A stretch of DNA of 52,065 nt from Spirochaetales bacterium (GCA_016928955.1 JAFGJV010000036.1:1-52065), one strand, 5' to 3'; shown: positions 27,606-37,702, numbered from the stretch's first letter. Program-made: numbers and translations. The notes: a model not told the origin generated them from the letters alone.

Positions 27606-28916
27606 ATGAGAGCAGTAGACATCATTATGGCCAAGCGCGACGGCCGCGAACTATCCCGGCAGGAAATAGAGTTCATGATCAGCGGCTACGTGTCCGGCGA
27701 CATACCCGAGTACCAGGTATCCAGCTGGCTCATGGCCGTGTTTTTCCGCGGCATGAGCTTCCGGGAAACGGCCGACCTCACCGACCTGATGCTCCGCTCC
27801 GGCTCAGTCATGAACCTGGCCGGCGTCCAGGGACCCTTTGTGGACAAGCATTCCACCGGCGGCGTGGGCGACAAGGTGTCGCTGGTGCTGGCCCCCATGG
27901 TGGCCGCCTGCGGCGTGCGCGTGCCCATGATGTCCGGCCGCGCCCTCGGGCACACGGGCGGTACCCTGGACAAGCTGGAAAGCATACCCGGCTACACCAC
28001 CCGCCTGGACGAAAAGAGCTTCCGCAACTACATAGCAGCCGACGGCTTTGCCATGACGGGCCAGACTGACGCCATCGTGCCGGCGGACAAAAAACTCTAT
28101 TCCCTGCGCGACGTCACGGCCACCGTGGAGTCCGTGCCGCTCATAACCGCGTCCATCCTGTCCAAAAAGGTGGCCGAGGGCGCCCAGGCCCTGGTGTTCG
28201 ACGTCAAGAGCGGCCCGGGCGCCTTCATGAAGACTGTGGACGACGCCGAGCGCCTGGCCAACAGCCTGGTGCGCACGGGCCAGGCCATGGGCAAACGCAT
28301 CGTCGGCGTGATCACCGACATGACCGAGCCCCTGGGTAACATGGTGGGCAACTTCCTTGAGGTTGAGGAAACCATAGACTGCCTCAAAGGCGGCGGCCCC
28401 GCGGACCTGATGGACGTGACCTACCGTCTGGGCGCGTGGATGCTGGTGGCCGGAGGCAAGGCCGCTGATGTGGCCGAGGGCGAGAGCCTGTGCCGCAAGG
28501 CCATAGCGTCCGGGGCGGCCTGGGACCTGTTCGTGGCCAACGTCAGGCGCCAGGGCGGCGACGCAGAGCGCATGGAGTCGCTCAAGGGAAATTACCGCTC
28601 GGCTCACCGCCGGGAACTGCGCGCGCCCGCGGCTGGCTTCATACAGGGCATAGACGCCTTCAAGATAGGCCTGGCCGGCGTGTACCTGGGCGTGGGACGC
28701 AACAAGACCACGGACGCCGTCCACCCGGACGTGGGCTTCCGCTTTGAGCGGAAGAAGGGCTACAGTGTGGCCGCCGGCGACCTGGTGGCAGAGGTATGGG
28801 GCAAGGACGCCGCGTCGCTGGATTCGGCGTGGCCCCTGATAGCGGAAGCCCTCAGCGTGGGCCCCGGCAAGCCCGCGGACACGCCCCTCGTCATCAAAGA
28901 AATCACTGCCCTATGA
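27606..28916 (+). CDS. pdp: Pyrimidine-nucleoside/thymidine phosphorylase
   Basis: DKHSTGGVGDK, MSGRALGHTGGTLDKLESIPG, PADKKLY.LRDVTATV.S.PLI.ASI.SKK. Confidence 0.95.
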   Translation: MRAVDIIMAKRDGRELSRQEIEFMISGYVSGDIPEYQVSSWLMAVFFRGMSFRETADLTDLMLRSGSVMNLAGVQGPFVDKHSTGGVGDKVSLVLAPMVAACGVRVPMMSGRALGHTGGTLDKLESIPGYTTRLDEKSFRNYIAADGFAMTGQTDAIVPADKKLYSLRDVTATVESVPLITASILSKKVAEGAQALVFDVKSGPGAFMKTVDDAERLANSLVRTGQAMGKRIVGVITDMTEPLGNMVGNFLEVEETIDCLKGGGPADLMDVTYRLGAWMLVAGGKAADVAEGESLCRKAIASGAAWDLFVANVRRQGGDAERMESLKGNYRSAHRRELRAPAAGFIQGIDAFKIGLAGVYLGVGRNKTTDAVHPDVGFRFERKKGYSVAAGDLVAEVWGKDAASLDSAWPLIAEALSVGPGKPADTPLVIKEITAL

Positions 28917-31033
28917 GATGGCGCAAGCGCGACGTTGCCCCCCAGGCCATCCGCGACCTGGCTGAACGCTACGGCCTTCCGTTGCTGGACACGTCCATCC
29001 TGGCAAGGCGCGGCGTCACCGATCCGGCCGATATCCTCTATTTTCTGGAGGACGACCTCCGCTTCCTCCACAATCCCTTCCTGTTCGGCGGCATGGAGGA
29101 CGCGGTGGACCGCGTGCTCTTGGCCGTGGACGAGGAGGAAAAGGTCCTGGTGTTCGGCGACCGCGATACCGACGGCGTCACGTCAACGGCCTTGCTGGTG
29201 GAGGCCCTGCGCGGGCTGGGGCTGGACACGCGCTATCGCCTGCCCTCGGAAGAGGAGAAATACGGGCTGTCCAGGGCGGCCGTGGACGAGTTCGTCGCCG
29301 ACTACGGCAGTCTCATCATTACGGTGGACTGCGGCATATCCAACCACGCGGAGGTGGCCTACGCGGCGGAGCGCGGCGTTGACGTCATCATCCTTGACCA
29401 CCATGTGCTTCAGGCGGCAGAACCTCCGGCGGCCCTAGCCGTCATCGACCCAAAAATAGAAGGCTGCGGCTACCCGTTCCGCGACCTGTCCGGCTGCGGC
29501 GTGGCCTACAAGCTGGCCTGGGCCCTGCGTTTTGCCCGGACGGCCCTGTACAAGCAGGAGCTTGCCCTGCTCAACGTGCGCCCGGTCAATGAAGCATACG
29601 TCATAGAAGCCGTGCGCCTGTCCAACCTGGCGGAGACGGGGCGCCTTTCGGAGACCATAGTACCGGGCATGGTTGACCTGGCGTCCACCCGGCTGGTGCC
29701 CTTCCTCCAGGGCAGGCAGATATTCGTGTGGGACGGCGAGCTCCAGAAGCGCATGCTGGCCAAGGCCCTGGGCTCCGCGGCCGAGGTCAACTGCTACGAC
29801 GTGCGCCCAGACGTGGCCCGCCTGATACCCCAGGCCGCGGGAGCCAGCCTCCTGCGCCTGTCCGAGCTGTCCAAGCTCAAGAAATACGGCGCCCAGGCCC
29901 CGTCCGAGCTGGACACCTTTGTGAGCGTGTTCACGTCCTTTGCCCTCCGGAGCGCCGGCCTGTACGGAGATACGGACAACAGTGTCCTCCAGCTGGTCGC
30001 CCTGTCCACCATCGCAGACCTTATGCCCCTGCGCGACGAGAACCGCATTCTGGTCCGCCTGGGCCTGGAATCGCTCAACCGTAAGCCGCGGCCGGGCCTG
30101 GCCGAACTGGTGGCCAGGCAGAACGCCGCCGGCAAGCGCCTGTCGGCCATAGACGTGGCCTGGCAGCTTTCGCCCGTGGTCAACGCGGCAGGCCGCATGG
30201 GCCAGCCCGAGGTGGCCGTCAAACTGCTGTTGGCCGACCAGCCGGCCGAGCGCGCCGCCCTGGCGGACAGGCTCCTGGAACTCAACCAGGAACGCCGCGG
30301 CCTGGGAGCCCAATGCTGGGACGCCGTCCTGCCCCTGGCCCGGAAGGCCGCGGACGAGGCGGGCGGCAAGTACGTCATCGTGGGAGACGGCGGCATCCAC
30401 CGCGGCATCACCGGCATACTGGCCAGCCGCCTGGCCGAAACCTTCCGCGCGCCTGCGGTCACGGCCACCTTCATGGACGACGGCACGGCCGTAGGCTCCG
30501 TGCGGAGCGCTCGCGGACTCAACGTGAAGGGCCTTTTGGAGTACTGCGAGGAGCTGTTCAACGACTATGGCGGGCACGACGCGGCCGCCGGCTTCAGCAT
30601 GCCGGCCGAGCGCTGGCCGCGCTTTGTGGAAATGGCTGGGACCTACCTGGCCGCCGTGGACCTGGACGACGGCGAGGAATTGATAGACGTGGACGCCGAG
30701 CTCCCGCACGAGTACGTGCGGCCCGACCTTTTGGACCTGTCCGAGCGCTTTGAGCCCTACGGCGAGGGCAACCCCCCGCTGGTGTTCATGGCCAAGGGCG
30801 TGCCCATAGCGGCCGCGGATATCGTGGGCAAGTCCGAGAAGTCACACCTCAAGCTGACCCTGAATTTCGGCAAGAACCTCTGGCCCGCCATGTGGTGGGG
30901 CGAGGCTGAACGCTTCCAGCGCGATTTTGGCCTGTCGGACCGTCTGGATTTGGTGTTCAAAGTGGGAAAAAACCACTGGAACGGCACGGAAACGCCCCAG
31001 CTGGTCATCCTGGACGCGCGCAAGGCCGAGTAA
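28913..31033 (+). CDS. recJ: ssDNA-specific exonuclease RecJ with an internal insertion
   Basis: GDRDTDG, TVDCGI, LDHH, TIADL.PL..ENR, NAAGR, GS.RS, GGH..AAG, EP.G.GN. Confidence 0.93.
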   Translation: MRWRKRDVAPQAIRDLAERYGLPLLDTSILARRGVTDPADILYFLEDDLRFLHNPFLFGGMEDAVDRVLLAVDEEEKVLVFGDRDTDGVTSTALLVEALRGLGLDTRYRLPSEEEKYGLSRAAVDEFVADYGSLIITVDCGISNHAEVAYAAERGVDVIILDHHVLQAAEPPAALAVIDPKIEGCGYPFRDLSGCGVAYKLAWALRFARTALYKQELALLNVRPVNEAYVIEAVRLSNLAETGRLSETIVPGMVDLASTRLVPFLQGRQIFVWDGELQKRMLAKALGSAAEVNCYDVRPDVARLIPQAAGASLLRLSELSKLKKYGAQAPSELDTFVSVFTSFALRSAGLYGDTDNSVLQLVALSTIADLMPLRDENRILVRLGLESLNRKPRPGLAELVARQNAAGKRLSAIDVAWQLSPVVNAAGRMGQPEVAVKLLLADQPAERAALADRLLELNQERRGLGAQCWDAVLPLARKAADEAGGKYVIVGDGGIHRGITGILASRLAETFRAPAVTATFMDDGTAVGSVRSARGLNVKGLLEYCEELFNDYGGHDAAAGFSMPAERWPRFVEMAGTYLAAVDLDDGEELIDVDAELPHEYVRPDLLDLSERFEPYGEGNPPLVFMAKGVPIAAADIVGKSEKSHLKLTLNFGKNLWPAMWWGEAERFQRDFGLSDRLDLVFKVGKNHWNGTETPQLVILDARKAE

Positions 31034-31047
31034 ACGCCCGGGCGCCC

Positions 31048-31076
31048 GTGACAGGGGGGCCGGCTCCTGCTATACT
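31048..31076 (+). promoter_or_regulatory. Putative sigma70 promoter of pduL-upp
   Basis: GTGACA-17 bp-TATACT with TGn extension. Confidence 0.6.
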
Positions 31077-31152
31077 GGCTCGTGGCGCCATCCGTAGGGC
31101 GCCCACGACCTTTTTTGCGGCCGCGGCGGCACCGCGGCTACCAGGAGCCCGC

Positions 31153-31734
31153 ATGTCAGAGAATCGCGTTCTCATCAACCTCTCCAACCGGCATATCCAC
31201 GTATCCAAGGAGGACCTGGCCGTCCTCTTTGGGCCCGGCCATGCCCTAACCAAGACCAAGGACCTTCTCCAGCCCGGCCAGTTCGCCTGCGAGGAAACCG
31301 TCACCATACGCGGTCCGAAAGGCGCCATCGGCAACGTGCGCATTCTCGGGCCGGAGCGCAAGGAAACCCAGTGCGAGATCCTGGCCAGCGACATTTTCAA
31401 GCTGGGCGCCCTCGGCTGCCCCACCCGCGAGTCGGGCAAGCTGGACGGGTCCATGGGCATCACCATAGAGGGGCCGGCCGGCTCCGTGACCAAGTCACAG
31501 GGCCTGATCGTCGCCAAGCGGCACATCCACTTTGACCCGGCAAGCGCCCAGGCTTTTGGCGTCACGGACAACGAGATCGTGGACCTCAAGGTGGGCGGCG
31601 AGCGCGGAGCCATCTTCCTCAACGTTCTATGCAGGGTGAATCCCAGCTACGCGCTGGAATGCCACCTGGACTTTGACGAAGGCAACGCCGTGGGCATAGG
31701 CTCGGGCGCTTATGGCGAGGTGATCAAGCGGTAG
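31153..31734 (+). CDS. pduL: PduL-type phosphate acyltransferase
   Basis: SNRHIH, L.QPGQFA..E.V, VRILGP.R..TQ.E, RESG, A.RHIH, H.D.DE.NA. Confidence 0.93.
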   Translation: MSENRVLINLSNRHIHVSKEDLAVLFGPGHALTKTKDLLQPGQFACEETVTIRGPKGAIGNVRILGPERKETQCEILASDIFKLGALGCPTRESGKLDGSMGITIEGPAGSVTKSQGLIVAKRHIHFDPASAQAFGVTDNEIVDLKVGGERGAIFLNVLCRVNPSYALECHLDFDEGNAVGIGSGAYGEVIKR

Positions 31735-31803
31735 TAACGGCGGATACGCCGGGGCCGCCCGCCGCGGAGCCCCGGTTCGCCAGAGCGACGATCGGGAGGA
31801 CGC

Positions 31804-32868
31804 ATGAACAAGGTGGTCTTGAAGGCCCAGGATCTGGACGGGTACCTGAACGATGGCGACCGGGCCATGCTTGAACGCATGGACGGCCTGTACCGCAAGG
31901 CCATGCTGTCGTTCAGCCTCCTGTCCGCCGCCAAGCGCGACGCCGAACGCGTCAAGGAGGAGGGCGCCCTCATCGAGCTGTACAACGAGATGGGCGGCCT
32001 GATGCAGGAACTCTGTCACTCGGAGAGCCGCATCAAGGTGTACTCCTTCGAGACGCCCAGCGAGAGCCACGGCGAGGCGTCCCGCCTGATAGCCAAGCTG
32101 CGCGACGTGGCCACGCCCCGGCACGAGTTTACCTACTACACCCAGCGCGCCTACGAGCTCCTGTTCAACCTGGCCTACGGCGGGGCCAAGAGCGACAACA
32201 AGAACTACCTGATCGTCCAGACACCGGTCACCCAGCCCGTGCAGAACTACGCCGTGCACAAAATACCCAACGTGGACGACAAGATAGAGAACACGGTCAT
32301 GTGCGTCATGCTCAGGGGCGCCCTTCTGCCGTCCATCATCATGTCCAAAGAGATCCAGGAGTTCTCGTCGCACGGCTACGTGACGCCCTTCGCGCTGTTC
32401 AAGATCAAGCGCGACGACACCAAGGACGAGACGGGCATGGAATACATCCTGGACCTGGACCGATCCTATTTCCGGCCCGAGGACCTGGACGGCAAGGACC
32501 TGATCTTTGCCGACCCCATGAACGCCACAGGCGGCTCCCTGGTGACCGTGGTCAAGTACATCCTGGACCAGGGCGTTAAGCCCAGGTCCATCAGCTGCTT
32601 CAACATCATAAGCGCCCTCAAGGGAGCGCTCCGGGCGGTGCGCGCCATAGACAACATGACCGTGTACACGCTGTGGATGGATCCCGTGCTCAACGAGATG
32701 GCATACATCATGCCTGGCCTCGGGGACGCCGGCGACCGCATCAACGGGCGCGACGAGGACGACTCCCCGCGCGACATGATCCGGCTGATAGCAGACTACG
32801 GATCCAACATAAGCAGTCTGTACCGCTCGCAGATACGGACCATAGAGGACACGGTGCTCGGCCGATGA
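31804..32868 (+). CDS. upp: Uracil phosphoribosyltransferase with N-terminal extension
   Basis: [30 protein letters not shown]. Confidence 0.88.
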   Translation: MNKVVLKAQDLDGYLNDGDRAMLERMDGLYRKAMLSFSLLSAAKRDAERVKEEGALIELYNEMGGLMQELCHSESRIKVYSFETPSESHGEASRLIAKLRDVATPRHEFTYYTQRAYELLFNLAYGGAKSDNKNYLIVQTPVTQPVQNYAVHKIPNVDDKIENTVMCVMLRGALLPSIIMSKEIQEFSSHGYVTPFALFKIKRDDTKDETGMEYILDLDRSYFRPEDLDGKDLIFADPMNATGGSLVTVVKYILDQGVKPRSISCFNIISALKGALRAVRAIDNMTVYTLWMDPVLNEMAYIMPGLGDAGDRINGRDEDDSPRDMIRLIADYGSNISSLYRSQIRTIEDTVLGR

Positions 32869-33809
32869 AAGCGACCACCAAGCTGGCTGCCCTGGCAGCC
32901 GCCGCCCTGGCCCTGTCGTCGTGCGGAACCACGGACGCCGCGCGCCTGGCGTCGTCATGGACCGAGCTTGGCAACACCTGGGCCGACCTTGGCTACTGGG
33001 ACAAGGCCGGCCTGGCCTGGTCCGAGGCGCTCAGGCTGGATCCCACGCAGGCTGTGGCCGGTTACAACCTGGCCCGCGCGCTCGCTGAAGCCGGCAAGTA
33101 CGACGAGGCGGTCCAGGCGGCCGATGCCGTGCTGGCCAAGGACCCGGAGAACGCCAGCGTCCTGGCAGTCAAGGCTTATGCCCTGCACAAGGCCGGCCGA
33201 AACGCCGAGGCGGCGGCCGTGTACAGCCGCGTGGTGGAGCTGAACGCGGAGGACACTGCCAGCTCGTTCAACCTGGCGGTGCTTTTGGAGGAAGGCGGCC
33301 AGCTGGACGAGGCCCTGGCCCGTTACCTGGCCATCCTGGATGCCAAGCCCGACGACGCGGCCGCGTCCTTGCGGGCCGGCGTGGTGCTGGACGCTTTGGG
33401 CCGTCCGGAGGAAGCGGTACCCTATCTGGAGCGCTACACGGTGGCGACGCCCGCGTCCCTTGAGGCCAAGCGCGTCCTGGCCGACGTGTGCGAGCGCGCC
33501 GGCCTGTATATGAAGTCCATGGAAGCCCTGCTGGCCGTGCTGGCAGGCGCCAAGGACGACGCCGACGCCTGGTTCCAGCTCGGGCGCCTACGCCTGACCG
33601 TGGCGGACGACGCTGAGGGCGGGTTGGACGCCCTGGCCAAGGCGGCGGCCGCAGGTTTTGACGACGAGGACGCGGCCTGGGCCCTCCTGGACACTACCGG
33701 CCTGCCCGAGCGACAGCGCGTGGAAGCCGCCCTGGCGCCAGTTTTTGATAAGCCCGACGACCAAACCGATCCGGATGACGATACCCCCGCCGAGGAAGGC
33801 GAACTATGA
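32865..33809 (+). CDS. TPR-repeat lipoprotein
   Basis: LSSC lipobox; multiple TPRs ([19 protein letters not shown]....G..DEA). Confidence 0.8.
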   Translation: MKATTKLAALAAAALALSSCGTTDAARLASSWTELGNTWADLGYWDKAGLAWSEALRLDPTQAVAGYNLARALAEAGKYDEAVQAADAVLAKDPENASVLAVKAYALHKAGRNAEAAAVYSRVVELNAEDTASSFNLAVLLEEGGQLDEALARYLAILDAKPDDAAASLRAGVVLDALGRPEEAVPYLERYTVATPASLEAKRVLADVCERAGLYMKSMEALLAVLAGAKDDADAWFQLGRLRLTVADDAEGGLDALAKAAAAGFDDEDAAWALLDTTGLPERQRVEAALAPVFDKPDDQTDPDDDTPAEEGEL

Positions 33810-35077
33810 ACTTCCGCCGGTACACCGTGCTCTGCGCCCTGGCCTGCCTGGCCTTCGCCGCCGCCGCCCAGGACCTTTTTGACGTTGCCTTCAAGACCGG
33901 GCCTGCCGACGCCATCCTGGTGTCCGGCGACGCGGCCCTGAACATCCGCCGCGGCGACAACGGCTCGCGCGTGGCCAGACTGCCTGCCGGCACCCATGAG
34001 GTGCATATCCTGGCCGGCGGCTACATCACCAAGACCGTAACCGTGGACGTGAGCGGTCCGGGGCTCCTGGTGGAGGACAAGCTGGAGCGCGCATCATCGC
34101 GCCTCAGGCTGGCCGCCGTCATGCCGACGGACCGACGGCCCAAGAGCGTCGAGTACACCCCGGACGGTAAATACCTGGTGGTGGCTCCCCTGTCAGGGAG
34201 CGCCGTCAACATACTGGACGCGGCCACGGGCGCCCTGGTGGCGTCGCCAGCGCCCCCGGATAAATGGGCAAAGGCCCAGGGCTTTGTGGAGAGCGCTTTT
34301 CCCGCCGGCCGAAACGAGCTGTGGGTCAGCCAGATGTACACCGACTGCATCCACGTGTTCTCCCTGAGCGATTTTTCCTACCTGCGCACCCTGAAATGCG
34401 GCGGCGTCTTTCCCAAGGTGATCCTGGCCCATCCCGACGGCCGGGTGTTCGTGTCCAACTGGCTGTCCGAGACCGTGAGCGTCTTGGACGGCGAGGGCAC
34501 GCGGCTGGCGTCCCTGAAGGCACGCAGCATACCCCGGGGGCTGGCCCTGTCGGCAGACGGCTCGATCCTGTACGTGGCCAACTTTGGGGACGGGACCATA
34601 GAGGTGTTCGACGCGGCCGGCTACGAGCGCCTGGACGTGTGGTACGACGGCTCGGACGGAGAGCCACGGGGCGGTGCCAAGCGCCACCTGGTCCTGGACA
34701 AGGCGGCCGGGAGGCTGTACGCGTCGGACATGGCCCGGGGCAGCGTGTTCGTCCTTGACCTGGAGTCCGGCAAGCATGTGGCCGAGATAGCCGTGGGGCC
34801 CAAGGTGAACACCATTGCCCTGAGCCCGGACGGAACGCGGCTGTACGTGTCCACGCGCGGGCCGAACAATCCCGTAAATTACGAGATCAAAGGCCCGGTG
34901 TTCGGAGAGCTTGCGACCATAGACACCGCCACCCTGAAGGTCCTGGACAGGCAGTGGGGCGGCAACCAGCCAACCGGCCTGGCCGTATCGCCGGACGGCA
35001 CGCGGGTGGTCATCACGGATTTCCTTGACCACCGCGTGGAGCTGTACGACGTGTTCGCGGGGGGCAGTTCGCATTAA
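33806..35077 (+). CDS. Exported YncE/YVTN-like beta-propeller protein with PEGA-like N-domain
   Basis: Signal peptide; repeated SPDG..LYV blades (PRGLALSADG, PTGLAVSPDG). Confidence 0.8.
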   Translation: MNFRRYTVLCALACLAFAAAAQDLFDVAFKTGPADAILVSGDAALNIRRGDNGSRVARLPAGTHEVHILAGGYITKTVTVDVSGPGLLVEDKLERASSRLRLAAVMPTDRRPKSVEYTPDGKYLVVAPLSGSAVNILDAATGALVASPAPPDKWAKAQGFVESAFPAGRNELWVSQMYTDCIHVFSLSDFSYLRTLKCGGVFPKVILAHPDGRVFVSNWLSETVSVLDGEGTRLASLKARSIPRGLALSADGSILYVANFGDGTIEVFDAAGYERLDVWYDGSDGEPRGGAKRHLVLDKAAGRLYASDMARGSVFVLDLESGKHVAEIAVGPKVNTIALSPDGTRLYVSTRGPNNPVNYEIKGPVFGELATIDTATLKVLDRQWGGNQPTGLAVSPDGTRVVITDFLDHRVELYDVFAGGSSH

Positions 35078-35150
35078 AGAGCTGCTGACAAAGCCGATTG
35101 CCTTGCCAGCAGCCTATCGTTCGAGCGAATTCAAACGGGCAGGATACTCT

Positions 35151-35232
35151 TTAGAGCTTCCCTAGTGTTTTCGCCCGAAAACACTAGGTTTTCAAGGGAG
35201 ACCTCTAAAAACTTCAGTTTTTAGAGGTCCCC
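35151..35232. repeat. REP-like cluster, copy B (hairpin 2 plus palindrome 1)
   Basis: CCTAGTGTTTTCG-CC-CGAAAACACTAGG (35161-35188) and GGGAGACCTCTAAAAAC-ttca-GTTTTTAGAGGTCCCC (35196-35232). Confidence 0.8.
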
Positions 35233-35273
35233 TTTAAGGTTCCTTTGCCGGAAGGCCGGGCATCCTAATAGTA

Positions 35274-35669
35274 TCAAGGCGCCAACATCATCTTGATGAC
35301 AATCGTTTCATCACGCTTGACGACTACATACAGTTGCGAACCTACCATCCCTAGAACCGCCCAGAAACCTGTGGCCACCTGCCCATTGCTTCCCTGTATG
35401 GTGACATTTAAATACTGCGTATAGTCGCCACTTTGGACCGGTTCCGAAAGATAGATGTATTCGACCGATCCGTTATTATAGCGGACAGCAAGCTGGAATT
35501 GATCGGAATACTGATACACGGAAACTCTGCTGATCGTGTTTGCGATATCCTGGCCACTGCCGGTAATGCAGCTGGTACAGATTACGTCTTGGGATTGCTG
35601 AATCTGCGCGAAAGCGAAGTTGCCCAGCCACAATGCAAGCAAAAGAATGGTTGTAAGCGTCCGTTTCAA
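35274..35669 (-). CDS. Small exported hypothetical protein (lower GC)
   Basis: GGAGGA RBS before TTG at 35669; signal peptide ending AFA; promoter TTGACA (35752-35747)-17-TATAAC. Confidence 0.65.
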   Translation of the reverse strand: MKRTLTTILLLALWLGNFAFAQIQQSQDVICTSCITGSGQDIANTISRVSVYQYSDQFQLAVRYNNGSVEYIYLSEPVQSGDYTQYLNVTIQGSNGQVATGFWAVLGMVGSQLYVVVKRDETIVIKMMLAP

Positions 35670-35826
35670 GATTATATCCTCCATCAGGTAATTGCGAAGA
35701 AACTGAGTGTTCGACTCGAGCCTGTTATAGTATGCCGCCTCGGCCGTGTCAATCGTTCTGGGCGGCGGGGGTAAAACATCCAATGGCCTTTACCCGGCTG
35801 GACTAGGGTAAAAAGCCAACCCAGGC

Positions 35827-35880
35827 TTGACAAAGATCAAAACACGAAATAAAATGAAAAAAGAAGCAATAAAGCGAAGT
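35827..35880 (+). promoter_or_regulatory. Sigma70 promoter overlapped by 10-bp phased direct repeats
   Basis: TTGACA (35827)-17-TAAAAT (35850); AACACGAAAT / AAAATGAAAA / AAGAAGCAAT / AAAGCGAAGT. Confidence 0.6.
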
Positions 35881-35899
35881 TGGTGAGAGGATAATCCGT

Positions 35900-36328
35900 A
35901 TGTTTACTCTTAAAGACCTTGCCACAATGACCCAGCTGACGACGCGTACCTTGCAGAACCATTTGAAGGAAGGCTTATTAAAAGGCAGTAAAATCGGGCG
36001 GTCCTGGCGTTTTACGGATGAGGATATAAAACGCTACCTTGATCAGAGCATGACCCAGGGCTTCCTAAGAGAGACCTTGGACAGACAAATAAGCTCATTC
36101 ATGAATAAGGACCAAGAAGGCGTGCTAACCGTCCTCAAGCTCGGCCAAAAAAGCGGTTCAAGGCTCATAGCAGACGTTGCCGGTTTTATTTCCCAGCATG
36201 TCCCCGATGGGCTCGTGACATACAAAGCTTTTTTTGACCCATCCAAGGAATTGGCTGAGATCACCGTCATTGCATCGCTTGAAAGGACGCTTCAGATCAC
36301 CCGGTTCATTGCATCAAAAACAGGATGA
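35900..36328 (+). CDS. Excisionase/MerR-like HTH (HTH_17) DNA-binding protein with a C-terminal domain
   Basis: FTLKDLA....LT.RTL...LKEG.LKG.KIGRSWRF...DI..YL. Confidence 0.8.
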   Translation: MFTLKDLATMTQLTTRTLQNHLKEGLLKGSKIGRSWRFTDEDIKRYLDQSMTQGFLRETLDRQISSFMNKDQEGVLTVLKLGQKSGSRLIADVAGFISQHVPDGLVTYKAFFDPSKELAEITVIASLERTLQITRFIASKTG

Positions 36329-36529
36329 CAGAAAGCAAAAAGATAGCAATGGACGCGCAGAGCCATTCATCCCATCGCCAAGCAACGTGGCATGGCCGTG
36401 GAGCTCGCGCGCCGCGTTGAAGGATCGATCATGCGGGGGAGAAGAGGACGTTCCAGACAGCTGATATCCGAAGGGGAGTACCGACAATTTTGCTGCCCGT
36501 TATGGGCATGAACGCCAGTAGGAGTGAAT

Positions 36530-37702
36530 ATGAATACAGCTACTGCCTATGAAATCGCCAGAGGTGCCCTGGAACATCCTATCTCGACGTGGCTGGATTA
36601 CTCGCCTAAAAACACGCCCCTTGTGCTGTTTGACGACAAGGATTTTATTTTCATGAATCATCCCGACCCGCCTGCAAAGAGACCGGACATCCTGAACGAT
36701 CGAGTTGGAACAGCCGCGGAAATCAATGGTGTCTTAACGGCGACCATCCCCGCGGAAATGTGTGGCGACGAGAAAACGCTGGTTCCCCTGCTGTATCATG
36801 AATGCTTTCACGTGTACCAAAACCGGCGTTTCAAGTTTGAGGGGAACTATGATTTTTTTGAGGTTCTGTCTTTTTATCCAGAGCTGGATGCCGCATACCG
36901 CGCCTTATGTTCGGCTGAAACAGAGATTCTAAGCGACCAGGGCTTGCCGGCTGCGGATAAAGCGAGGCGGCTGTCCGCCGTTGTGAAAAGAAGGCGGCAA
37001 ATCCTTGCATTGCATGATGGGCTCTTGGACTTCGAGGATAGACTCGAGAGGCTTGAAGGAACAGCGTCGTATGTGGATCAGAAAGTCTCACTGCGGCTTT
37101 TTGGCAAGTCGCCCGACAATTCATCGTGTTGTTATGGTTTTTCCCGGCAGTATTTTGTAGGCGCGGACCTGTGCTGGCTCTTTGAGCGGATGTTTCCTGC
37201 CGGGGAATGGCAAGGGAAAATAGAAGGCGGCCTTTCCCTCTCTGAATTGCTGCTAGAAATGGCTTTGCCTGAATATGACGTATCATCCTTGGGTCTGGAA
37301 GCCAAAGAAAGACGAGAGAATCAAGAGGTGGCCGAGGTACTTTCTGGCGTACGCGAGAAAATAGAGTGCCTCCGCAAAAACGGCGCGCTGACGATACAGT
37401 TGCCGTCAAAAATCGACGTTTTCAGATCCTTCAACCCGGGTGCCATCGTGTCGTTTGGCGATGGGCGGCTCGTTCATCTTGAATTTGTGACCATCCAAAT
37501 TCCCAATGGCAGTATTTCTATCAAAGGCGGAATAGCGCTGGAGGATTATACCAATAAGACCGTAACGCTCCCGTCAACAGCCTGCGACATCAAAAACAAC
37601 AGGCTGGATATTTGCACTGAGAACGTAAAGGTTTCATTGGCAAACGTGGCTCGGCGAACAGATGGAACTATTGAAGTTCTCCAGGACCATGAAGCGATCT
37701 GA
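36530..37702 (+). CDS. Putative zinc metallopeptidase-like protein (lower GC)
   Basis: HECFH (HExxH) plus downstream EGTASY; AGGAG RBS. Confidence 0.6.
   Translation: MNTATAYEIARGALEHPISTWLDYSPKNTPLVLFDDKDFIFMNHPDPPAKRPDILNDRVGTAAEINGVLTATIPAEMCGDEKTLVPLLYHECFHVYQNRRFKFEGNYDFFEVLSFYPELDAAYRALCSAETEILSDQGLPAADKARRLSAVVKRRRQILALHDGLLDFEDRLERLEGTASYVDQKVSLRLFGKSPDNSSCCYGFSRQYFVGADLCWLFERMFPAGEWQGKIEGGLSLSELLLEMALPEYDVSSLGLEAKERRENQEVAEVLSGVREKIECLRKNGALTIQLPSKIDVFRSFNPGAIVSFGDGRLVHLEFVTIQIPNGSISIKGGIALEDYTNKTVTLPSTACDIKNNRLDICTENVKVSLANVARRTDGTIEVLQDHEAI

Noticed and set aside
35081..35113. GCTGCTGACAA / TTGCCAGCAGC inverted repeat resembling IS ends
   Set aside because: No transposase or target duplication; adequately explained as a terminator-like hairpin after the beta-propeller gene
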